Below are positions 35,409-43,280 of a stretch of 49,520 bases of DNA, one piece after another. The position numbers were made by a program, and so were the translations under genes. The DNA comes from an uncultured Pseudobdellovibrionaceae bacterium (GTDB lineage Bacteria > Bdellovibrionota > Bdellovibrionia > Bdellovibrionales > UBA840), in the NCBI GenBank assembly GCA_964653235.1, contig CAZZCP010000009.1, positions 1 to 49,520 on the forward strand, in the 5' to 3' direction. The notes below the pieces were generated by a model, which searched no databases, was not told the origin of the DNA, and saw only the letters and a program-made list of their open reading frames with translations. The first letter of the stretch is position 1. Every line of letters starts with the position of its first letter.

Positions 35409-36299
35409 TTAAAATATTTCATAGCCAAAGTTAAAGTTCATACTGCGATTTAAAATACTGTTTTTTGCCGGACCAATCAAAGTTTGGTCTGAATAGTTCA
35501 GCCCTACAGAAATAGATTCATCAATCGATTTTTGTAATCCCAAAAGCAAAGTAAAGTTTTGCGAAACTTCTGATTCTCGATTGACTGGCTGAATTTTTCT
35601 TGGGCTTAAATGATTGAAGGTCAGGCCAGAATTAAAACCTAGGCCCCAAAGATTACTAGCATAATTCATCAATACGGCGGCAGAGGAATCATAGAAGTTC
35701 GATACATTTGTATCGCCAAAATCTCTTGCAAAAATCCGCAGGCTTCGAAGCTGCAAAGTAAGTGAAAATGGAAAGTAGACTTTGCGAAAGCTTAGTCCGA
35801 CTCCCGTACCCCACTGGTTGTGACCCGTGACATCTGCTCCCTCTCCCAATTCATTTGTTTGAAAAATGGATTTGCCAGTAGGAAGATTGAGAAGAGCTGA
35901 AATGTATATGATGGGCTTCCAGTAGGAAAAAGAGTATTCAGGTAGAAGTTCAAAATTGTAGCCAACAAGAGTATCTGCCCAATGGGTAGAATAAGAATCC
36001 ATGCTTAGATCTTGGTAGTGCCCCTGTAGATAGGAGCTGTTCAAAAAGTACTGATGCCTTTCGCCAATACTGCCTGCAATATTTAAGTTGATCGATTGTA
36101 TTTCGCGCACACGATCATCCCACAAGTAAAAAGCATCACTTGCTAAAATTCGGCCCTCGGCACGCAAAAAAGCATAGCTGGTATTTATGCTCAGTTTTTG
36201 CTGCATTTGCAATACAGTAAAACTGGCAGGACTTTGCCCGCAGCAAGAGTTGGCCTCAGCTAAAGACAAACTAAAAAGAATTAAAAAAACATAAACCAT
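35409..36299 (-). CDS. outer-membrane beta-barrel protein with an N-terminal Cys-Cys
   Basis: Signal peptide ...SLAEA, then NSCCGQSP. Alternating strand pattern and a terminal ...NFGYEIF. The start overlaps the upstream gene by 19 nt. Confidence 0.6.
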   Translation of the reverse strand: MVYVFLILFSLSLAEANSCCGQSPASFTVLQMQQKLSINTSYAFLRAEGRILASDAFYLWDDRVREIQSINLNIAGSIGERHQYFLNSSYLQGHYQDLSMDSYSTHWADTLVGYNFELLPEYSFSYWKPIIYISALLNLPTGKSIFQTNELGEGADVTGHNQWGTGVGLSFRKVYFPFSLTLQLRSLRIFARDFGDTNVSNFYDSSAAVLMNYASNLWGLGFNSGLTFNHLSPRKIQPVNRESEVSQNFTLLLGLQKSIDESISVGLNYSDQTLIGPAKNSILNRSMNFNFGYEIF

Positions 36300-36715
36300 T
36301 CGACCTTCTCTATAATATTGGAATCGAGATCAATGATTCGAACTTCATTGAGCCAGTCTCGAGGCATATTGAATTTGATATTTCGATTGATATAAATACC
36401 CTTACTCTCTCTCTCAAACCAACCTTCATCTTCCATTGGGTGGCCCATGCTAGGCATTGTAGACCAGAATTCTAATTCTAAATTTTCACCAAGATCTTTA
36501 AGCTCACCAGCCTGATGCAAGATGACCATTAAAGTATTATTGGTTTTAGGATTGCCGTAAGGGCCATCCAACCATATGGCCTTGACCTGTAAATTATTTT
36601 TTTGAAAACTGAGTTTAGATTGAGAATTGGGATTACTCTCAGTATCACCCTCAATCCGATGATTCATTGGAGAGTCACAAGCGATCAAAAAAAACAAAAA
36701 GACAAGATATTTCAT
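36281..36715 (-). CDS. YtkA/FixH-like lipoprotein with a Met/His motif
   Basis: Lipobox LIACDSP and the motif FWSTMPSMGHPMEDEG. TAATG overlap with the upstream thioredoxin-fold gene. Confidence 0.55.
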   Translation of the reverse strand: MKYLVFLFFLIACDSPMNHRIEGDTESNPNSQSKLSFQKNNLQVKAIWLDGPYGNPKTNNTLMVILHQAGELKDLGENLELEFWSTMPSMGHPMEDEGWFERESKGIYINRNIKFNMPRDWLNEVRIIDLDSNIIEKVEWFMFF

Positions 36716-37233
36716 TAAAATCTCCTGATGTAACAGCCTAGACTTCGACCATGTTTATAAGGAAGATCTCTACCTTCAAAAAGCGCCAAAAGATTTTCTT
36801 GCAAATAGCGCCTACTTGATTTTGAAAAATCTCTCTGATTCGATAATCCCCCTTCATAGAGTCTTTTGTATTTGCCATTGGATTGTCTTTTTAAAAGAAC
36901 AATATGAGGGGTTTTTAAAGCATTAAAGTCTCTTATTAAAACTTGCTGAGGGTCTTTGAGAAGAGAAAATGAAAATCGATCGGCTGTAAAGTAGTCTTGA
37001 ATTAGCTTTTGATACTCTACACTATCAACAATAACCCCATGAAAAGAGACCTCTTTATATTTTTCTTGTAGATCATTGAGATGCTCGACATGGCTTCTTG
37101 AGCAAGGGCATAGCACCGATAAGAAAACAATGACTTTATACTCAGACCTATTGGCATAAAAAGACTCAGGAGCCTGATAGCTCATCGCCCATAAACATGT
37201 AGAATAAAAAAGCAGAAAAATACTTTTCACCAA
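36715..37233 (-). CDS. secreted thioredoxin-fold (TlpA/AhpC-TSA-like) protein
   Basis: KVIVFLSVLCPCSRSHVEHLNDLQEKY...TPHIVLL...GRSLGCYIRRF resembles redoxin-family proteins that end in GCxIK-like motifs. The active site reads CPC. Confidence 0.6.
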   Translation of the reverse strand: MVKSIFLLFYSTCLWAMSYQAPESFYANRSEYKVIVFLSVLCPCSRSHVEHLNDLQEKYKEVSFHGVIVDSVEYQKLIQDYFTADRFSFSLLKDPQQVLIRDFNALKTPHIVLLKRQSNGKYKRLYEGGLSNQRDFSKSSRRYLQENLLALFEGRDLPYKHGRSLGCYIRRF

Positions 37234-37263
37234 AACTCCTATAAAAATGAAAGAAACAACGAA

Positions 37264-37662
37264 TTAAATGAAAAGGCTAAAAGGTGGTGCGCGTCCCCGG
37301 AATGCCTCTCTTAAAAAAGAGAAAAACTGCTCCTCGTAAACAAGTCTAAAGACTTGAGCTTTTAGAATAGAGAAGAGTGAATCTGTCTGAAAACTTACAG
37401 ACTTATGCTTTTTTAGATTTTGATGTAAATTCAATAAACTTACTGCAAAGTCGGAACAAAGACTGGTTTTTGGTAGTTTCAGCTTGGCCTCAGCAAAAGT
37501 GATGCAATCTAAATCATTTGACTCTGTCGAGCCAGACAAGAAAACATTTTGGTAATACCACTTTTCTGCAAAGTCAGAGTAAGAAAGAAGATTTACTCCT
37601 AAAAGCAAAAAGAAAATGAGCCATAGGCCTTGGGGTATAGTTTGTTTATTCTTTGTTTTCAC
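37264..37662 (-). CDS. small single-pass membrane protein, first gene of the operon
   Basis: 132-aa ORF with one TM (GLWLIFFLLLGVNLL). No motif recognised. Confidence 0.45.
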   Translation of the reverse strand: MKTKNKQTIPQGLWLIFFLLLGVNLLSYSDFAEKWYYQNVFLSGSTESNDLDCITFAEAKLKLPKTSLCSDFAVSLLNLHQNLKKHKSVSFQTDSLFSILKAQVFRLVYEEQFFSFLREAFRGRAPPFSLFI

Positions 37663-37756
37663 TAGCCTGAGAATTAGATCATATCACCCAAATTGTCTAG
37701 AGAAATCCCGATTTTCGGCCAGCAAAGTCTTTTTTGCAGAATACCGATCTACTAGA

Positions 37757-39526
37757 GTGACGTATTACCTTGTAATTTTAGCTCTTTTTTTAAACTCTTG
37801 CGGCTCTGGTATTGGTGGGGGGTCAAGCTCATTTGTTGAGATTGTTGACAACACACCCGCTCCGACTTCTTTGAGTTATGCTCGATCGCGTTATACCCTT
37901 GTTTCTGGTGAAGTCATGAATCCAATTGCTCCAATTTACTCTGGAGAACCTGCAAACTTTTCGGTAAGCCCTAGTTTACCTACTGGTATTGATATTGACA
38001 CACAAACGGGAGTGATTTCGGGCACTCCCTTGCCAGGGGGCGAGTCGATTGTGCCAACATCCTACACAGTGACTGTTAGCAACTTAAAAGGAAGCTTAAG
38101 CTTTAATCTAGATATACGAAAACTAAATGGCTATGTAGTCAATAGCACATTAGACACAAGTGATTTTGCCAATGACGGGCTTTGTGATGATGGTGCGGGA
38201 AACTGCAGTCTTCGCGCTGCTGTTGAACAAGCAAATCTGAGCCCGGGCACACAGGCGATTTTAGTTCCTTCAGGAACCTATAATACAACGAGTGTAATCT
38301 TAATTGATAGTTTGATGGTGATCTACGGCGAAAACGATGGCACAGCAACAACAATTGACGGAAACGGGAACCCCATCTTTGAAGTTTCAAATCCTATAGC
38401 AGGTGCGCAATTTGAATTTCTAAGCCTTCGAGCCGGCAACCCGATCTTCAAATTTAGCAATACGGGCAACTTTTTTATGAACAATCTTGAACTGCAAGAC
38501 TCAAGTTCATCAGGTGAATCAGCAGCTATAGAAATTACCCAAGGCCTTGATTTAAGTATTGTATCTAGCCTTTTTTCAAATCTAACTGCCGCCAGTACCG
38601 GTGGAGCTGCGATTCGTATCGGAAATGCTGCCGCCAATGTAAATCTGGATACATGTAGTTTTAAAGGCAACTCAACCACAACGTCTGGCGGAGGAGGTGC
38701 CATTCGAAACGATGGAACACTCTCTATTCAGAATAGTTTTTTTCAAAACAATATTTCTGCAGCTTCAGGTGGAGCGATCTTTAATACCAGCAGCCTCACT
38801 ATTGAAGAGACAGAGTTTTACAATAACCAAAGTGCAGCTGGGTCTAGTGGTGGAGCTTTGTATTGCGCTGGAACAAGCTGTTATGTTACCACAAGTACAT
38901 TTGTCAACAATACCGCACCTGAGGGAGCTGGCATCAATGCAAATTGCGGAGTTGGAACTTGCATTATTGATAGATCTTATTTTGCTGGCAACAATGCCTC
39001 ATTAAATGGAGGTGCTATTCTTGCTGTCTCAGACTTAAATGCTACTAACAATCTTTTTTATGCCAATTCAGCAGTGAACGGAAGTGCCATCTATGATGAT
39101 GGTTTTAATGTAGCGCTATTCTACAATAGCTTTGTGCAAAACAATACTTCGACCGGTGGGGCTGTAGAAGCACAAGGTGGATCAGCAAACATCGATCTTG
39201 AAGGCAATCTTATGGTTTCGCAAATTGGAGATGATTGTGCTTTGGGTGGCGGTGGATTCATTTTAAACACTGGAGATAATGTATTTACAAGTCCAGCAAC
39301 GGCTTGCAGTCCTATTGGTAGCGATGCAACTTCTGCTACAGTCAACTTTGAATCAGGCTTAATCCCTGTAGACAATGGGGGCCCCACTTTAAGTTTTCGC
39401 CTCGCTCCAGGATCTGATGGTGTGGATCACCGCACAAGCGGATCGAATTGTCCCTCGCAGGACCAGCTTGGAAACCCGCGCTTTTTGGGTTTGGAGTGTG
39501 ATGCAGGTTCTGTGGAAAGCCACTAG
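37757..39526 (+). CDS. beta-helix lipoprotein with Pmp-like GGAI/FxxN repeats and an N-terminal Ig-like domain
   Basis: GTG 37757 gives VTYYLVILALFLNSCGSG (lipobox). Also present: SVSPSLPTGIDIDTQTGVISGTP (putative Ig), CSLRAAVEQAN, and repeated GGAI/GGAL plus F..NN segments. The stop codon TAG lies on the MITE boundary. Confidence 0.7.
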   Translation: MTYYLVILALFLNSCGSGIGGGSSSFVEIVDNTPAPTSLSYARSRYTLVSGEVMNPIAPIYSGEPANFSVSPSLPTGIDIDTQTGVISGTPLPGGESIVPTSYTVTVSNLKGSLSFNLDIRKLNGYVVNSTLDTSDFANDGLCDDGAGNCSLRAAVEQANLSPGTQAILVPSGTYNTTSVILIDSLMVIYGENDGTATTIDGNGNPIFEVSNPIAGAQFEFLSLRAGNPIFKFSNTGNFFMNNLELQDSSSSGESAAIEITQGLDLSIVSSLFSNLTAASTGGAAIRIGNAAANVNLDTCSFKGNSTTTSGGGGAIRNDGTLSIQNSFFQNNISAASGGAIFNTSSLTIEETEFYNNQSAAGSSGGALYCAGTSCYVTTSTFVNNTAPEGAGINANCGVGTCIIDRSYFAGNNASLNGGAILAVSDLNATNNLFYANSAVNGSAIYDDGFNVALFYNSFVQNNTSTGGAVEAQGGSANIDLEGNLMVSQIGDDCALGGGGFILNTGDNVFTSPATACSPIGSDATSATVNFESGLIPVDNGGPTLSFRLAPGSDGVDHRTSGSNCPSQDQLGNPRFLGLECDAGSVESH

Positions 39527-39703
39527 CTGCTCCCTTTTATTTCACTTTTTTCTTAGAGTTCTTTTTTGCTTTCAATGACTTGCGATACTTGTCCGAAAAT
39601 GTATCAAAATTTCAAGCTCTTCGGACAGAATATTCCAATTATTTTATATACTTACCGCTCTCGGACGGACGTCCGAAGTGAAATAAAAGGGAGCAGCTAG
39701 TGG
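39520..39703. mobile_element. MITE-like element with 28-bp perfect terminal inverted repeats
   Basis: CCACTAGCTGCTCCCTTTTATTTCACTT (39520-39547) is the exact reverse complement of 39676-39703. The ~130-bp interior is non-coding, with a CGGACGTCCG palindrome and CGGAC motifs. A possible TA target duplication flanks GCTGC...GCAGC. Confidence 0.75.
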
Positions 39704-39764
39704 TATTTTTTCATCCATCAAAAGCAATATTGGTGCTCGCAAATAAAGCTGATAGAAAAGCCCT

Positions 39765-41957
39765 ATGCTAAAACTTTGGGCTTTTGTTCTCGTTCTTATC
39801 ACTTTGCATGCGAAAGCAGGCTACGAGCTTTCTTCGGCCAACGTGATCGGAACCTGTCCTTTTTTTCAAAAAGACCAATACAGTTTTGATCCGATTTTAA
39901 GTCAGATTCGAGATCATTTAGATACAAAAGTTGAGCAAAACGAAGAGTGCATTCGCGCCTATCGCGGAATTCTTAGCTCTGCAGAACATATCGATCGCCT
40001 GTTTGCTTCGCGCAAAATACCTGGGTTGCAAGAAGAACTCTTACTCGACTTTAACTCACAAAGAGTCACTGAGATCGAAATTGAATTAAGAACTTTAGAC
40101 CCTACAAATGAGAATAACAGCTATCAAATTCAAAGCTTGCAAGATCAGCTTTTGGCTTTGCAAGCGGCAGAGCCCGCTTTGACTGCAGATGCTCTTTTCA
40201 ATCAAAAGTTTTTTCAAGAAAACCGCAATGCCTACTTTCACTCAGAAATGGTGAAGAGTCTAAATACCCTATATACCCGACTGGGATCATTGAGCCCTCT
40301 TTGCGCCGATAAAATTGGTGGGCAAAATGTGATTCTACCCAGTATTCTGCATAGTACTTCTTATCTCAGCGGAGCAAGCACTTTTGCCCATGCCGATCTT
40401 ACAGGTGGTCTGATGCAGCTCTTTGGTTCATTAAATCTAATGCTTGCAGATCAGACTGTAAAGAGAGCAAGCCTTGATCTCACTCAGGTCAATAACAAAA
40501 GAATTTTGGCTTGTAGCTATCTCGCCATGCAAAGAAATATATGTGATCTCAGACAAAGCCTTCGCCATCGCAATGAAACTGAAAAAATATTAAGATTGAT
40601 TGGCAGAGAATATAGCCCTGGTAATTTCGGGGAATACGAACAGTTAGCTAGACTTACGGCTGCTAAAAAAGAATTTGAAAGATTTTTTAATCTTATTGCA
40701 GAGAGTGGTTCGATTTTTTCTGTCGATTTAAATGGTCTTAAGGAATATCTCGATGCAAAAGTTCTTAACCCTGAGGGCTTTTTAGCCTCTGACCCAGGAC
40801 CAGATGCTGGTAATGAAGTTCTTGATTCATGGCTGCGGGGCATTCGCCAAATTGGGGTTGTGAATATACCTGAAAGAGATTTTAATGGAGCGATAATTGC
40901 TTTTCCTGAACAAAGAGAAAACGCAATTGCCGTACTTGAAAATCGCCAAACTCTTATCGATTCGACCGAATTGAGCATTTTAAACAGTTTGGTTTTTAAA
41001 GATATAAGAGCAGATTCTGATGTAAATTCCCCTGAGTTCTATTACACAGTAGTTGATCTGATTGCTTTTTTAGAAAAATTCATAGAAGACCAATTGGTAT
41101 CAGATCGCAGAAGACATATAATCAATGATGCTCTCTATGTATTGTATGAGGTCAAAGCCTTTTTAGATATTATGAACCCGAATGATCATGATGCTTTTCA
41201 AGATGAACTTTCAGAACAAGGAGCGAAGCTTTTTAAAATCATGGCCTATGGCACCATCCCGCAGCTGAGCAATCAAACCGTCATTTTCTTACCACAAAGA
41301 GTAGTAGCTAGAATCGATAGGGCACTCAATTTGGCCGTCCAAGAGTTTTATGATAGAGACATTGAGCAAAACTCTTGTGATTTTGTGCGCTTTCAAAGAC
41401 AAGAGACGATCCGCGCCTTTGTGATTGAAAACTATATGCAGTACCGACCTGACAGAAATGTTTTTCGTCAAGATGTGATCGATACTACGGTGCAAAGCTT
41501 TCACCGCGGTTTTCGACAAGAAATCCTGCAAACACTCGAAGATGTACTCAATGACAATACTAAGCTCAGCAATATTCCTGAGTTAGACGGACTCAGCAAA
41601 AGCCATCTTTGCGCTCTCTATGCCCCCTTACTCAAACAGATGCTGGCCGACCCAAAAAATCGAAAAAAAAACAAAGCAGAAACACTTCTTAACAAATGCA
41701 TAAAAAGTGCAGCAGAAATTGAATTGGAAGCTTTACTTTCTGTTTTAACCAATAGCCAAGATGATTCTACTCCTGTTTGCACGGCTCTGTCAGAAAAATC
41801 GCAACTCTCTGGCAATGCATCCCCACCCGTCTTTGAGGCAAGTCTAGTCATTGATTATGATGACCCATGCTTTTATCCAGAATATATTGAGCTTCTTGAG
41901 GTGCAAGAGTTTGTCACTCAACAACTATTTCGAAAAAACTCATCTGCCCGACCTTGA
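39765..41957 (+). CDS. hypothetical secreted, mostly helical protein
   Basis: 730-aa ORF with signal peptide MLKLWAFVLVLITLHAKA. No motif recognised. Confidence 0.6.
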   Translation: MLKLWAFVLVLITLHAKAGYELSSANVIGTCPFFQKDQYSFDPILSQIRDHLDTKVEQNEECIRAYRGILSSAEHIDRLFASRKIPGLQEELLLDFNSQRVTEIEIELRTLDPTNENNSYQIQSLQDQLLALQAAEPALTADALFNQKFFQENRNAYFHSEMVKSLNTLYTRLGSLSPLCADKIGGQNVILPSILHSTSYLSGASTFAHADLTGGLMQLFGSLNLMLADQTVKRASLDLTQVNNKRILACSYLAMQRNICDLRQSLRHRNETEKILRLIGREYSPGNFGEYEQLARLTAAKKEFERFFNLIAESGSIFSVDLNGLKEYLDAKVLNPEGFLASDPGPDAGNEVLDSWLRGIRQIGVVNIPERDFNGAIIAFPEQRENAIAVLENRQTLIDSTELSILNSLVFKDIRADSDVNSPEFYYTVVDLIAFLEKFIEDQLVSDRRRHIINDALYVLYEVKAFLDIMNPNDHDAFQDELSEQGAKLFKIMAYGTIPQLSNQTVIFLPQRVVARIDRALNLAVQEFYDRDIEQNSCDFVRFQRQETIRAFVIENYMQYRPDRNVFRQDVIDTTVQSFHRGFRQEILQTLEDVLNDNTKLSNIPELDGLSKSHLCALYAPLLKQMLADPKNRKKNKAETLLNKCIKSAAEIELEALLSVLTNSQDDSTPVCTALSEKSQLSGNASPPVFEASLVIDYDDPCFYPEYIELLEVQEFVTQQLFRKNSSARP

Positions 41958-42048
41958 GTCAGTATTCAACCAATACTCAATTACCTGCTTTTGGTCTAAA
42001 ATCAGCTCTGGCTCTGTTTTTTAGGACTTATTCTGCTACACTAAAAAG

Positions 42049-43152
42049 GTGGAAAAGGACAAATACCAAATCAAAGATATTGTGCTTGATGCTGCAGATG
42101 ATGAACAGGCGATTGAAGTACTTGAGCATAAATTGCAGCATACGCAAAGTGTTTTGCAACAGTATACGAACTCACTCAATGAAAACTACAAGAAATTGCA
42201 ATTTCGCTTTCAACGTGAACTTGAGTTTGTAGAAAAAGCCTACAAAGAAAAAATAGAAATGCTCGAATATCGACTTGAAGAAAAAGAAAAAGAGCACAGC
42301 AATGACTTAATTCAGCTTAACAAGCTAAAAAAAGAAAATGAAAAATACCGTGGTCAAGCCGATGTTCGTGAGGAATGGAAAAAGTACTACAACGATAGCA
42401 TCCACAATCTTAAAAATTCCATCGACGAGAAAAATAAAGAAATCGAGGGCTACCAAAGGCAAATGCAATCATTAAAAGCAGAGCTTTTTTTAGTTCGTGA
42501 AGAAAATGCCAAATCAAAGACAGCCCATCAAGAACAATATCTGCAGTGGCAATCTGAGAAAAAAGAGATCTATCATCAATTAGATAAAATCAAAAGAGAG
42601 CAGTACAAAAGCTTTGAAGCCAATAACGAGCTTTGCGAGCAAATCAAAAGGCTCCAAGAGCTAGAAGTTCAATTAAGAGATGAGATGCAAGATCGTGAGA
42701 CTCATCTTCGAGAAGAGATGCAAGAGAACGAGAATCAACTTCGAGCTAAGTTTCAGAGCGAGCATTCAAAACTGAGCAAAGAATTTAAAGAGAAATTAAG
42801 CGCAGCTCATCTAAGAGAAGATGACTTGCAAACACAAGTCAAAGCTCTAGAAAAACAAGCCATTCACTTTGAGAGAGAGCTTGAACACAAGCAGGTGACA
42901 GTAGAAGATCTGACCCAAAGAAACATCTATCTTGAGAAGAAAAACCGTTATCGTGACTCTGAGATCGAAAACTATGTATCTGAAACTCAAGCCTTAAAAC
43001 AAAAGATTCTCTCCAATGAGCATGAGCACAAGTTTGAAATCAAAAAATTAGAATTTGCGTCTCAAAATGAGACCGATAAACTTAAAGAAAAAGTAGAAAA
43101 GCTCGAGATCAACAATCGCCACCTGCAACTGCAACTGCAAAAAAAATCTTAA
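42049..43152 (+). CDS. coiled-coil protein (Glu/Lys/Gln-rich)
   Basis: Heptad-like E/K/Q/L composition throughout. GTG start. No enzymatic motif. Confidence 0.6.
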   Translation: MEKDKYQIKDIVLDAADDEQAIEVLEHKLQHTQSVLQQYTNSLNENYKKLQFRFQRELEFVEKAYKEKIEMLEYRLEEKEKEHSNDLIQLNKLKKENEKYRGQADVREEWKKYYNDSIHNLKNSIDEKNKEIEGYQRQMQSLKAELFLVREENAKSKTAHQEQYLQWQSEKKEIYHQLDKIKREQYKSFEANNELCEQIKRLQELEVQLRDEMQDRETHLREEMQENENQLRAKFQSEHSKLSKEFKEKLSAAHLREDDLQTQVKALEKQAIHFERELEHKQVTVEDLTQRNIYLEKKNRYRDSEIENYVSETQALKQKILSNEHEHKFEIKKLEFASQNETDKLKEKVEKLEINNRHLQLQLQKKS

Positions 43153-43280
43153 ATTGAGAAACTTAAAATTTGCAGAATCATCTTTATCAATATGAGATAC
43201 TTAGCTTAAGTTCGACAATTTTTATCTAAAAGTCTAAGTTTAGCCTACCGATAAATATGTGATTTGTACGGTAGGTGGTT

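Noticed and set aside
38323-38703. Antisense or shadow ORFs inside large genes (also 4125-4463, 7083-7298, 18614-19666, 29628-30013, 40517-40978, 45363-45557, 46338-46959 and others)
   Set aside because: They lie opposite to, or out of frame within, long ORFs that have clear motifs. None has a recognisable motif or RBS, so they are typical frame shadows.
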